This document shows positions 11,410-22,763 of a stretch of DNA of 64,000 nt, piece after piece. The notes below the pieces were generated by a model. It was given only the letters and a program-made list of their open reading frames with translations. It searched no databases and was not told the origin of the DNA. A program made the position numbers and the translations under genes. Numbering within the stretch: position 1 is the first letter of the stretch; each line of letters begins with the position of its first letter. The DNA is from an uncultured delta proteobacterium (lineage in GTDB: Bacteria; Desulfobacterota; Binatia; UBA9968). The DNA is taken from contig CAWJBB010000033.1 in the NCBI GenBank assembly GCA_963840855.1, forward strand, positions 62,628 to 126,627, read 5' to 3'.

Positions 11410-13816
11410 ATGGATACACCCGTAGCATTCCTCAAAGGTTTCAGAGCGCTGGATTTAACCGGCTTGAGCGGCCAGCTATGCGGCCGCATCCTCGGCGACT
11501 TAGGCATGGAAGTGATCAAGATCGAGCCGCCGGGGGGCGACCCGGTGCGGAATCTTGCGCCGTTCGTAACATCTCCCGATGGCAAAACATTGAGCACGGT
11601 GTTCGCCCATCTGAACGCCGGCAAGTCGAGCAAGGTACTCGACTTGGACAAAGAGTCTGACCGCGCGGCGTTCAAAGGGCTGGTCGAGACGGCGGACGTC
11701 GTGCTAGAAAGCTTTCAGCCGGGGGAGTTGGACCGCCAGGACCTCGGTTACACAGATCTGGCGAGCATCAATCCCGGTGTCGTCATGGCCTCGATTACGG
11801 CCTTTGGCCAGACGGGGCCGAAGAAAAATCTCCTGTACAATGATCTCGTGGCGCTGGCCGAAAGCGGATTCTTATATATATCAGGCGATCCTTTATTAGC
11901 CGCCCTGTAGGCCACCGGAAACACAGGCATATTACTTTGCAAGTTTGTTTGCCGCGGCGGGCGTGTTGGCGGCGCTTTACCGGCGCGAGCGCACCGGGCA
12001 GGGCGATCACGTCGATGCGACGATGCAGGAGACACTGGCGACCCACGAGCATATCATTCGTCTCTATGCCAACGAGCAGCAAATTCTCAGGCGCGCCGGC
12101 AGCCAGCATGGCTCGGTGGCGCCGGCGAAAATCTTTCCGTGCAAAAATGGTTTTATTTATTTGTATGTAACCCGGCAACACTGGAAGTTATTTCTAGAAT
12201 TTTGGAAAGACCATCCGGCGCAGTTCGATGGCAAGGATTGGCTCAACAACGTATACCGGCGCTCGCACGCGGACGAATTAAATGCCGCCGTCGAGGCTTT
12301 TGTCGGCCAATACACGATGGCCGAGATTACCGACCTCTTGCAAGCTAAAGGCATCCCATGCGTTCCGGTCAACACGCCAACGGGTTTCGTTAACGACGAG
12401 CATGTGCAATCCCGGGGCTTCATGGTTACGGTGGACCACGCCGGCTTCGGCGCAACCAAACAGGCGGCGGCGCCTTTTGTTATCGACGGCGCGCGCCTGC
12501 CGGTAGGCAGCGTGCCGGTGTTGGATAGTTGGCGTTCTCCCTCTTACATCTCTCCCGTCGCGGGTGAGAGAAGAGAGGCGGCACCTCACAGGGAAAGAGA
12601 TTTGGACACCGGCAACGGTCCGCTCGACGGCATGCGTATCGTCAGCTTCGATCATGTCCTCGCCGGTCCCTATGGCACGACGATCCTGGCGGAGTTGGGT
12701 GCCGACGTCGTCAAAGTCGAATCGAGCAAAGGCGGCATGGACCCGTTTCGTTTTTTTGGCACCGGCGAAGATCCCAATCTCTCGCCGCGCTTTCTCGAAT
12801 TTAACCGCAATAAGCGGTCGTTCACCGTCAACCTTAAGCATCCGAAGGGCCAGGGGGTGCTGCACGATCTAGTCGCCAAGGCGGATGCCGTGCTGGATAA
12901 TTACAGCGTCGATGTCGTGGGGCGCATCGGGTTGGCATACGATCAGCTCTGTAAGGTAAAGCCGGATATCGTCAATTTGCGCATGCCGGGGCTCGGCACC
13001 ACCGGACCGAAGCGCCATTATTCCACGGTGGGTGTGAACATCACGTCGTTCACCGGTCTTACCTACATGTGGAATCATCCCGGCAATACTAACCCGCCCA
13101 TCGGTTCGCAGACGGTTTATCCCGATTATGTTTCCGGGGTGCTATGCGCGATCATTATTATTTCCGGTGTCCTCCATCGTGACCGCCAGAAGAAGGGGGC
13201 GTTCATCGACCTCGGGCAATCGGAAGCGACGGCGTTTATGATCGGCGCCAATTTGATGGAAGCCGCCGCCAGTGGAAAAGACCCTGAGCCCATCGGCAAT
13301 GCTTCGTTCTCCGTCGCGCCGCATGATTGCTATCCCTGCACGGGCGAGGACCGCTGGTGCGTCCTCGCCGCGGAAACCGATGCGCAGTGGATCGCGCTGG
13401 CGCGAATTGTCGGCGGCGGCATCGAGCAGGACGACCGTTTCAAAACCAACCCCGACCGGCTCAAACATCGCGCGGCGCTCAATGCGCTCATCGAGCAGTG
13501 GACCAAAAACAAAGATGCGTTCGAGGTCAGAGACCGGCTGCAAACGGCGGGCGTTCCCTGCGGCGTCGTGCAAACCGGCGAAGATTTATGCAATGATCCT
13601 CAGCTCAAGGAACGCGGCTTCATCGTCGCCGTGGAAAATCCTCGCCTTGGCCGCGTCGTGCTGCCCAATTTTCCGTTGCAGTTTAACAATGCGAAACTCA
13701 CAAGGCGATGGGAGTTCCCCGTGCTTGGCCGCGACACTGAGGCAGTGCTGCGCGATGTCGTCGGCTACAGTCCTGAAACGATTGCGGAGTATAAAAGAGA
13801 CGGTGTGCTGGATTAG
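11410..13816 (+). CDS. Fused two-domain family III CoA-transferase (CaiB/BaiF), frameshift near 11905
   Basis: Two CaiB-type N-terminal motifs (LGMEVIKIEPPGGD and LGADVVKVES...NRNKRS) across ORFs 11386-11910 and 11945-13816. Confidence 0.85.
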
Positions 13817-13870
13817 ACGGTAAATTTTGGGTTTTGGATTGCCGGCGGTAGGGGCGCAGCACGCGCGGCC

Positions 13871-13969
13871 GAGGCGCCGAAGAATTTCGCCGACTTGATA
13901 AAGCCGGAATTCAAAGGCAAGGTTGCGGTCAGCGGCGACGAAACCGGCGTTGTTAGGTGGGCGCGATGA
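13871..13969 (+). pseudogene. Short remnant of an ABC extracellular solute-binding protein
   Basis: Translates as EAPKNFADLIKPEFKGKVAVSGDE, resembling the PK..DLL.P..KGK motif; no start codon or flanking coding sequence. Confidence 0.5.
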
Positions 13970-14048
13970 TCCGTGCCAGAGGTGAAGACGTTCAATCTTT
14001 GCGGGGCTGATTCCCCCGCAGCAAGCCGCGGGGGGAGTTCATTCGGAC

Positions 14049-14077
14049 GAGATCCTGCGCTGCGCGCTCAGGATGAC
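14049..14077. repeat. Half copy of the REP-like element at 8688-8755
   Basis: GAGATCCTGCGCTGCGCGCTCAGGATGAC matches the right arm of the 8.7 kb element. Confidence 0.65.
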
Positions 14078-14180
14078 AAGGCGCACAATTTCGATGACTT
14101 TTTTGATCGATTGACAGTTTTGTTGTAACTCAAGTAGGACTCATAGTGGCAAAAAACAAGAACCAATAGGAGGAACGAAA

Positions 14181-14999
14181 ATGGCACAATATGAAACTCT
14201 TCTAGTAGACAAAAAAGAAGGGGTCACGACCGTCACGTTGAATCGTCCGGAGAAGCGCAACGCGATGAGCCCGCAACTCCACCGCGACATGTTCGATTGT
14301 CTCACCGAGCTGCGCTACGACAAGGACACACGCGTCATCGTGATCACGGGTGCCGGGGAAAGCTTCTGCGCGGGCCAGGACTTGAAGCAATATTTCATCG
14401 AGATGGATTCGCAGCCGGAGCGTGTGCGGGACGAAGTGCGCGAAAAATCTCGCCGGTGGCGCAACGAGATACTGCGGAAAATGCCGCAGCCTGTTATTGC
14501 CAAGATCAACGGCTGGGTTTTTGGCGGTGGTTTCACCGTGGTGACCGGCTGCGACATCGCGATTGCCGCGGAGGACGTGCAGTTCGGTCTCTCGGAAGTC
14601 AATTTTGGCCACTTCCCCGGCGGTGAAGTGACGATCGTCTTGACCGAACATTTGCAGCCGAAGCATGGGCTCTACTACGCGCTTACCGGAAAAACGATGA
14701 ACGCGAAGGAAGCGGAGCGCATCGGCTTGATTACCAAAGCGGTGCCGCGCGCCGATTTGGACAAAGAGGTTATGGACATCGCGAATAACCTGAAAGAAAA
14801 GGCGCCATCGGCGCTAAATGCCGTCAAGGAAGCATGGTACTACACGTTCTACTCCAACCCCGAAGTCGCCTATGAAATCTCCGGATTGATTTCCGATAAA
14901 GCCAAACTCGCGGTCGGTGGCAGGCCGGGTCTCCAGCAGTTCGCCCGCAAAGAGTATCGCCCGGGGCTTGGCTCGTACAAGTTTGAAGAAAAAAAATAG
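14181..14999 (+). CDS. p-Hydroxycinnamoyl/feruloyl-CoA hydratase-lyase-like crotonase
   Basis: LNRPEKRNAMSP, AGQDLKQYF, NGWVFGGGF, FGLSEVNFG and C-terminal RPGLGSYK resemble HCHL/Ech as recalled. Confidence 0.75.
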   Translation: MAQYETLLVDKKEGVTTVTLNRPEKRNAMSPQLHRDMFDCLTELRYDKDTRVIVITGAGESFCAGQDLKQYFIEMDSQPERVRDEVREKSRRWRNEILRKMPQPVIAKINGWVFGGGFTVVTGCDIAIAAEDVQFGLSEVNFGHFPGGEVTIVLTEHLQPKHGLYYALTGKTMNAKEAERIGLITKAVPRADLDKEVMDIANNLKEKAPSALNAVKEAWYYTFYSNPEVAYEISGLISDKAKLAVGGRPGLQQFARKEYRPGLGSYKFEEKK

Positions 15000-15006
15000 C
15001 CGTCAA

Positions 15007-15090
15007 TCGTGTTCGTGACTCGTGTTCGTGGCTCGATCCAGTGGAATAGCAATCGTTACGAGCACGATCACGGGCGACGAGCACGACCGA
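15007..15090. repeat. Inverted arms of a 6-7 bp unit (TCGTG/CACGA)
   Basis: TCGTGTTCGTGACTCGTGTTCGTG opposite ACGAGCACGATCACGGGCGACGAGCACGA. Confidence 0.65.
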
Positions 15091-15100
15091 GGAGTTCTCA

Positions 15101-16255
15101 ATGGATTTCAACCTGCCTGAAGAACTGCAGATGCTCAAAGATACGGTGCGGAAGTTCGTCGACAAAGAACTGATTCCCATCGAGATGCATACGATCGAGA
15201 ACATGGAACTCAAGGCGGACATTCGCGATCGGCTGGAAAAGAAGACCAAGGAAATGGGTCTCTGGATGTTCGACGTGCCGGAGGAATACGGCGGCGGAGG
15301 GCTCGGCAGCCTCGCGCAAGTGCTCGTCTGGGAAGAGCTGTCGCGCACCTGCGCGCTGCCGTCGCGCGGGCAGGGAATCTTTGGACCTGAGCTTAGGCCG
15401 ATTCTTTATGCGCTGAACGATGAGCAAAAAAAACGCTTCCTGGACCCGATACTGCGCGGCGAGAAAAAGCTCTGCTTCATGCAGACCGAACCGGACGCAG
15501 GTTCCGACCCCGGGTCCATGAAGACGCGCGCAGTGCGCCAGGGTGATCACTACATCGTCAACGGCACCAAACGTTTTATCACCGGCGCCGGCGCCGCGGA
15601 CTTTGGCCAGCTCATGGCCGTCACCGATCCCGCCAAGGGCGCCCACGGCGGCATATCCTGTTTCATGATCGATATGAAATCGCCGGGTCTCACGCTCGTT
15701 ACGAAATTCAAGACCATCATGGGCGAAGAGCCCTGGCAGATCGCTTTCGACGATATGAAAGTGCCGGCGGAAAACCTCGTCGGCAAGGAAGGCGAAGGCT
15801 TCAAGCTAGCGCAAAGATGGCTCGGCATAGGCCGGTTGAAACATGGCGCGCGCGCTTTGGGCGTCGCCGAACGCTGCATCGAGATGGGCGCGCGCTACTC
15901 TAAACAGCGGGTCACCTTCGGTAAACCGCTTTCGGAACGGCAGGGGATTACTTTCAAACTAGCGGATTCTTACGTCGAATTACACGCCGCGCGATTAATG
16001 GTTTACCAGGCGGCGTGGAAGAACGATCAGGAGCAGGATATTCGCAACGAAGCCTATATGGCGAAGCTATTCGCCGATGAGATGTCCTTCCGCGTCGTCG
16101 ATCGCGTCTTGCAAATCCACGGCGGCATTGGCTTGACCCTCGACTTGCCGTTGGCCAAATGGTTCGTCGATCAGCGCAGCCGCATGATCACCGAGGGCGC
16201 CTCCGAAGTCATGCGCATGGTCATCGCGCGCGAGTTGCTCAAGAAATATAACTAA
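15101..16255 (+). CDS. Acyl-CoA dehydrogenase
   Basis: QTEPDAGSD, NGTKRFIT, QIHGGIG and ITEGASE motifs. Confidence 0.92.
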   Translation: MDFNLPEELQMLKDTVRKFVDKELIPIEMHTIENMELKADIRDRLEKKTKEMGLWMFDVPEEYGGGGLGSLAQVLVWEELSRTCALPSRGQGIFGPELRPILYALNDEQKKRFLDPILRGEKKLCFMQTEPDAGSDPGSMKTRAVRQGDHYIVNGTKRFITGAGAADFGQLMAVTDPAKGAHGGISCFMIDMKSPGLTLVTKFKTIMGEEPWQIAFDDMKVPAENLVGKEGEGFKLAQRWLGIGRLKHGARALGVAERCIEMGARYSKQRVTFGKPLSERQGITFKLADSYVELHAARLMVYQAAWKNDQEQDIRNEAYMAKLFADEMSFRVVDRVLQIHGGIGLTLDLPLAKWFVDQRSRMITEGASEVMRMVIARELLKKYN

Positions 16256-16312
16256 CGGCAAAAAATGAACTGAAATATTTCACGGGCTGATGCTTTGCCT
16301 AGAGACCAGACC

Positions 16313-16334
16313 GGGGCGACCGGTCGATCGCCCC
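16313..16334. terminator. REP-like GC hairpin between convergent genes
   Basis: GGGGCGA-CCGGTCGA-TCGCCCC. Confidence 0.5.
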
Positions 16335-19300
16335 CTAAGCCTTCAAAGCGTTGTTGCCGGCGATCAACGTGCGCAGATTCTCGAGGTTTGCCGGTTTCAG
16401 GAAGTACTGATCGATAGCGGCGCTTTTGCGATCTGTCGAAACGTCTTCCCGCAGCCAGCCTGAAACCGCCACAATTAACGAGTTGGGCAGCTCGCGGCGC
16501 AGGCGTTCGGCGACTTCGTAACCGTCAACGTCCGGCAAATCGATATCGAGGCAAATAATATCCGGGACGAACTCAAGCGCCGTTTCGACCGCTGTTTTGC
16601 CGGTGTAAGCCGTCCGCGCCACGTGTCCATCCAGACGCACCGATTCGGCCAGCGACTCGGCGGCATCGATATTGTCGTCGACGACTAGAATACGCCGACC
16701 CGGTGCGGCGACGGCTGGCGTTGGGCCTGGCTCCGCCGCTCTCGTTGGCGGCAAAGCACTCTGATCCGTAGCGAGTGGCAATTGTACGACGAATTCACTT
16801 CCTTGTCCTTCGCCTGCGCTATGTGCCCAAACTTGCCCGCCGTGCATTTCCACCAACTGCTTAACCAGGCTCAACCCGATGCCGAGTCCCCCGCGCCTGG
16901 TCTCGGCTTGCTTGAACATGTCGAAGACATTCGGCAGAAACTCCGGCGCGATGCCCCTGCCATTGTCACGCAACCGAATAACGATTTGGCCCCCGTTACG
17001 GGCGGCGTTGAGTGAAATACGCCCCCCGGGCCGGTATATTTCGCGGCGTTATCCAGAAGGTTCGTCAGGACCTGCGCCAGGCGCGCCGAATCGGCGTCGA
17101 GATAAATCGTTTCAGGCGGCAGTGTAACGGTGAGCGTATGGCCGGCTTCGTCCAATGCCGGGCGGGCTGCTTTCCAGCGCCAAATTCACCACCGACGCCA
17201 GACTGACTCGTTGCGTGCGCAGGTCGAGCTTCCCCTGGGAGATCCGCGAAACCTGGAGCAGGTCATCCACCAACCGGTGTAGCTGGTCGGCCTGTCGTTC
17301 CGCCATACTCCAAATCCGCGCTAGCCTCTCCGGGTTGTCCGAGCGATTCTGGATGTCGAAGACCCCGCGCAATACCTGGAGGGGGTTACGCAGCTCATGA
17401 GAAAGCAATGCCAAAAACTCATCCTTGCGCCGGTCGGCCTCTCGCACGGCGTGCTCCATTTGCCGGCGCTCGGTGATATCCACGAAGGTCGCCACCACAC
17501 CGTCGATATGCTCTTGCAGCGTTCGGTAGGGGAAAACCCGGACCATGAACCAATGATTGTCGCTCGCGCGCACTTCGCGTTCGATGGGTTGCGACGTTTC
17601 GAGAACTTCGGCAAGGTCTGCCGTCAAGCTTCCGTAATCGAGCTTGTGTGTCACATGTTCCAGGGGCCGCCCGATATCGGTGTTAATAAGGTTGAAAAGC
17701 TTCTGCGTCCGCGGTGTGTAGCGTTTGACCCGGAGATCGCGGTCGAGAAAGATCGTCGCGATATCGGTGGAGGATATGAGATTTCGCAGATCCGTGTTGG
17801 CGCGGCCGCCTTCGTCGATGGTCTCTTTCAATTCTTGGTTGACCGTCGTCAATTCCTCATTGACCGATTGCAATTCCTCCTTGCCGGTCTCGAGCTCTTC
17901 GCCGGTCGAGCGCAGCTCCTCGTTCATCGCCAGCAGTTCTTCGTTGGACGCTTTGAGCTCTTCGACGGACAGCTCATGCTCTTCGACGGTGCCGCGCAGC
18001 CGGTCCTTGGTGCGTTGCAGCTCTTCTTCGAGACCGCGCACGAGGGTTTCTATCGCTTTGTCGCTCTCCAGGGCGGCCTGCGCCGAGGGCGCCAGTTCCC
18101 GTAGCGCCGCGGGCGACCGGATCTCATCGAAAATCACCAGGTAAAGGCCCTGGACGGCCCCGCTTGTCCCCAAACTGGGACGAACTATTAGATTTACCAG
18201 CCGCTGCTCACCGCTTAACGAGACGCGCAGGTTGGGCGTCTCGATCTGGTGATTTTTCTGCTTGGCTGTGATGAATGTGTTACGCAGATCGAGCCGGAGG
18301 GCGGGAGGGGCGATAGCGAATAAATTATACGACGGCTGGCCGCCCGGGAGCTGCAAATAACGGCCGGCATGTTGGCTCAAGTGAAGAATATCTCCCTCTT
18401 CGTTGACGAGCACGCTCGGCGGCGCGTATTCCTCGACGAGTATATGATGCAGGTTGCCAAGCGAAAGATCTTGGTGCTTGTGCGCGGCCGGCGGCTCTGG
18501 AAGTCGTATTTTCCACTCGCCGGTAAGCGGCATCGGCGGGTGTTGCGCCACGCTCGGCAATGCCCGGTAGATCCGGTTTTTCTTGTCCAAGGGAGCGAAA
18601 AGGGAAGCCGCCCCCTCGGCTGACTCGGACGCCCCCAAAAAAAGAAAACCGCCCTGTCGCAATACAAAATGTAAGACTCGCAGCAGGAGGTCCTGCGTGT
18701 TGCGGTTGAGATAGATCAACAAATTGCGGCAAGTGATCAGATCGATGCGCGAAAACGGCGGATCGCGCAGCAGGTTATGCGGCGCGAATAAAATCGAATC
18801 GCGCAATTCTTTCTTAACGATGTAGTTCTGTCCCTCCTTGACGAAAAACCGGCGCAGCCTTTCAGGGGAAAGATCGGCGGCGATGATTTCGTTGTAGCGG
18901 CAGTCGCGCGCCGTGGCGAGGGCGTCGGCGTCGATATCGGTGGCGAATATTTGAATTTTTGGAGGGTCAGCCAAGCGGGCTGCGTGCTCGTGCAGGAGAA
19001 TCGCTATGGAATAGGCCTCTTCCCCCGTGGCGCAACCGGCCACCCAGACCCGAACCTGCTCGGCCGAGGTCTTGTCGGCGAATATTTGCGGCACTACCTG
19101 TTGCTCCAGCGATTTGTAGGCGTCCTTGTCGCGGAAGAAATTGGTCACGGTGATCAAAAGATCGGAGAGCAGAGGCTGCATTTCCTCGGGATGACGGCGC
19201 AGATAGTCGATATATTCGTTCACGTCCGCCAGGTCGTGGACCTGCACCCGCCGGCTGATGCGCCGCCCGATGGTGGGCCGCTTGTAGTTCGAAAAGTCGT

Positions 19301-20033
19301 GCCCCGACCTTATGCGCAGCATGGCCAAGACTTCTCGAATCGGGTCCGCCCCGGCGGGAGCTTTCTCTTCCTCATGAGCGTCTTCCGATAGCTGGATCCG
19401 GTTCGCGCTCAGCTTGAGGGCCACCAGCTTTGCCGGGATCTCGGCGGCCGGCAGAATCAAATCCACGAGGTTGGTGGCGATGGCGCTGCGCGGCATGGAG
19501 TCATACTCGGCGTCGGCGGGGTCCTGGGCGATGGCGATGCCGCCGTCTTCCTTGATACGCTTGAGGCCGAGGGTGCCGTCGGACCCTGTCCCGGAGAGTA
19601 TCACGCAGATGGCGTTTCTCCCGTAAGCGGCGGCCAGGGTGCGCAGAAATACGTCGATGGGCACGCGCCGGCCGCGCGTCGCCTCCGGCTCGGTGAGCCG
19701 AACCTCGCCGTCCATCATGGCCAGATACTTGCCGGGCGGGATGACGTAGACGTGGTTGGGCTCGATCTTGAGCGTCTCGGTGACTTCGACGACCGGCAAG
19801 GAAGTGCTCGTCTGCAGAATCGCCGCCAGGTTGCTCGCGTGTTCGGGGGAAAGGTGGACGACCACGACGAATGCCATGCCGGTGTCGCCGGCCGTTTTTT
19901 CAAAAAAATGCCTGAGCGCGATAAGGCCGCCGGCCGATGCGCCGATGCCGACGACCGTGCATTGCGGCGTCACCGCCGCTTCAGACTGCTGCGGATCGGC
20001 TAGTAGGGTGGTAAGGTTGTCTTCATCGCCCAT
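16335..20033 (-). CDS. CheB/CheR-PAS hybrid histidine kinase with receiver domain, frameshifts near 17150 and 17000
   Basis: CheB triad (GASAGG, VVHL, GTGSDG), CheR (VTNFFRD, GCATGEE, CRNLLIY), coiled coil, PAS, HisKA SHELRNP, HATPase NLLDNAAKY/GLGIGL, receiver VVDD...KP. Confidence 0.88.
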
Positions 20034-20233
20034 AAGAAGATTACCCTTTAGAATATGGCCGGTTGGAACGAACTAATGATTTGAGCTGCACCACCGCCGG
20101 TTCGAGACACCGCATTAGCTCTCGCTTTACGGTCAATGCCGATTTTCAAAATGTAATTATATATCACACTTTGCAAGCGGCGATTCAAATTCGCATCGAC
20201 GGGGAGAGTGAAAGAGGAGGGCGCAGGCCCGAT

Positions 20234-20253
20234 GGCCGGTGACTCCACCGGCC
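20234..20253. terminator. Hairpin downstream of the sigma gene
   Basis: GGCCGGTG-ACTC-CACCGGCC, 8-bp perfect stem. Confidence 0.4.
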
Positions 20254-20284
20254 TCGTTTTCCTATGCGGGGGTTGCGGCTAAAT

Positions 20285-21826
20285 TTAGTTTAATTCCGCC
20301 CCGCCGTCCGAATCTCTGATTATCGGTATTAACGGTTTTCTCCGTACCGGGTTGCGCAGGATCTGCAGCGACTTCTGTTCGATCTGGCGAATACGCTCGC
20401 GCGTGACGGAGAATTTCTCTCCCAATTCCTCGAGCGTGTAGTCGCGCTTTTGTTCGATGCCGAAGCGCATGCGCAGGACGGTTTCCTGTCGGGGCGAAAG
20501 GACGGAAAGGGCTTTTCTCACGTCGCTGCGCAGCGTCGTCTCCAATGCCAGTTCATCCGGTCTGCGATGAATCCGGTCTTCCACGAAATCCCCAAGCTCG
20601 TCACCGTCCTCGAACACCGCTGTTTGCAGCGACACAGGGTCGGCTTGGGTCTGCATAACCTTGAGCATATCTTCCACCGACATGCCGATTTCCTTGGCAA
20701 GCTCTTCCGGCGCGGGCTCCCGTCCCAACTTCCGCTGCATGTAATGGGCGCTGTGCATGATCTTATTGCGCGTCTCGACCCGATGGACAGGAATGCGGAT
20801 CGTCTTTCCGGTATCGATAATGCCTCGGGTGATCCCCTGGCGAATCCACCAGGTGGCGTAGGTCGAGAAACGAAAGCCGCGGCGGTAGTCGAATTTCTCT
20901 ACGGCGCGCATCAGACCGAGATTGCCTTCTTGAATTAAGTCGAGAAAGCTCAAACCGCGGTTGATGTATTTCTTGGCGATACTCACCACCAGCCGCAGAT
21001 TGGCCTCGGTGAATTCTTTCTTTGCCCGGTTGACTTTAGTGATACCTTCGCCGACCCGGCTCGCGTGATCTTTGATCTGCGCCGCGGCCAGGCCCATATG
21101 ATTCTCGATCTTCCGTATCTCCGCGCGCAGCACGGCCCGGCCGCTCTTGGGCGCAAATTCGGCCTCGGCTGCAAGCGCTTTCACACGGTCAGCGGCCCGC
21201 TCCAGGTGGCGTGCCAGCTCCTCGACGTGTTCCGAGGAGAGTCGAAGCTCCGCAAGCAAACCGCAAATCTTCGCTGCCATCTGGTCGCGCTTTTTCTCCA
21301 GCGCCACGCGTCGCGGCTGTGACAGCGATTTGCGCCGAAGTAGCCGGCCTAATTGTTCCAGTCCCTGGCTTAAATGGCGCAGGCGCGCGATGGCCTTCAG
21401 GAAAGGCTTGGGATCGAGAACTCGGTTAGATTCGTCCCCTTCATCATCGGATTTTTCGATGATCTGGTGTAATTCGAGTTCGCCGTCGGCGAACGCTCGA
21501 CCCAGTTCCAGCACACGACGAAGTGCCATTGGCGTGGTAAAGATCGCCTCGAGGACTTGCCTATTGCCGGTTTCAATCTCCTTGGCCAGCTCGACTTCAC
21601 GCTCCCTCGATAACAGCGCAACGGCGCCGATCTCGCGCAGATAGGTCGTTATCGGGTCGTTAACTCCGATACTTTCGACGTCCGGCTGCTCCGTTTCTTC
21701 TTCCGGCTCTTCGCCCGGGGTGAATTCCGGCACCGTTTCAACAGCGTTTTCCTCGAATTCATTCGGCTCAAATTCGGGCGCGTCGAAGGCGTTTTCGTTA
21801 ACTCGTTTGGCTTCGATAACTAACAT
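20285..21826 (-). CDS. Sigma-70 family RNA polymerase sigma factor, RpoD-like paralog
   Basis: Region 1.2 [11 protein letters not shown], region 2 [13 protein letters not shown]...[11 protein letters not shown], region 4 [18 protein letters not shown]. Confidence 0.92.
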   Translation of the reverse strand: MLVIEAKRVNENAFDAPEFEPNEFEENAVETVPEFTPGEEPEEETEQPDVESIGVNDPITTYLREIGAVALLSREREVELAKEIETGNRQVLEAIFTTPMALRRVLELGRAFADGELELHQIIEKSDDEGDESNRVLDPKPFLKAIARLRHLSQGLEQLGRLLRRKSLSQPRRVALEKKRDQMAAKICGLLAELRLSSEHVEELARHLERAADRVKALAAEAEFAPKSGRAVLRAEIRKIENHMGLAAAQIKDHASRVGEGITKVNRAKKEFTEANLRLVVSIAKKYINRGLSFLDLIQEGNLGLMRAVEKFDYRRGFRFSTYATWWIRQGITRGIIDTGKTIRIPVHRVETRNKIMHSAHYMQRKLGREPAPEELAKEIGMSVEDMLKVMQTQADPVSLQTAVFEDGDELGDFVEDRIHRRPDELALETTLRSDVRKALSVLSPRQETVLRMRFGIEQKRDYTLEELGEKFSVTRERIRQIEQKSLQILRNPVRRKPLIPIIRDSDGGAELN

Positions 21827-22016
21827 CCTCTTATCTCCTGAGGGCGAGCGGGGGGACCAGACACCCCCGGACTCCAGCTCGCCAACAAACCGGCGGTCAG
21901 GTTCTTTAAATTAGACGTTTCAGTTGCTGACTTCTGTCGCTTTGTGGCCCGTGCTGGAAGCGTTGACGGCCGAGAGGTTAACAGCTTTGATTGATCTATA
22001 TACTATTCGCCGCTGA

Positions 22017-22045
22017 AAGTTAAGAACTAAGGGCATATAAGTCAA
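22017..22045 (-). promoter_or_regulatory. Putative sigma70 promoter of the sigma gene
   Basis: TTGACT-N17-TAACTT on the minus strand. Confidence 0.4.
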
Positions 22046-22672
22046 GGGACGCTCTCTTCGTTTTGTTTGGCGCGCTTCGAAACCGGGGATACTGTCTGGA
22101 TTCGACAAGAACGCCTCCATCCTCTGTCAGCGGATTCTTATGTAATTCTCCGCACTTACCGCTGGTTGCTGTCGCTAGCGCGTAATCACTCCTGAGAGGT
22201 GTTTGAGCGCAACGACACAGATGAGTCTATTTCAACAACCTGTAGAATCCCCAGCGACAGGACACGTAGATCACCAATTTCTTTAGACGTTGAGAGCCCA
22301 ACTTTCGTTCCACCGAGCAGGACCTACAGTATGCGGGACATGGACGTGGTTGGCGCGAGCCATGTTGCATGAGTACGATGCGAAGGTTTGCTTGAACGTG
22401 CCGGCGGAATTCCGTCCCGCCGGGCAGTTCTTCAGAAACTTTTCCCAGGCCTCCGACATGATGTAGTCGAGACCGTGCGGCAAAGCGACGGCGAGGATTT
22501 CGGCAGCGAGGTTGAACGCTGACACGCGTGACGGCAATGTTTTTCGCTCGCGCGATTGCGTCGGTACTTTGTGCCTCGGACGCATGAAGAGATTTGTTGC
22601 AAAACCGTCCAATCAGTTAGGCGCATGATCCTTGCTGCGGTAGTTCTTCTTTCAGAAAAAGACCATACGACG

Positions 22673-22692
22673 GTGCAGGCAAAAACCTGCAC
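22673..22692. promoter_or_regulatory. Palindromic upstream activator site (candidate bEBP site)
   Basis: GTGCAGG-N6-CCTGCAC, about 70-90 bp upstream of a sigma54 motif. Confidence 0.5.
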
Positions 22693-22763
22693 GGTCGTGC
22701 CGTTATTCGTTGATGGAAGTCTTAAGCCTCCGAGAAAAGCAGGGAAATCTACGCGTCGCGGTG

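Noticed and set aside
21843-21883. tRNA, tmRNA or 6S fragment
   Set aside because: No T-loop or D-loop consensus and no cloverleaf; simple hairpin only
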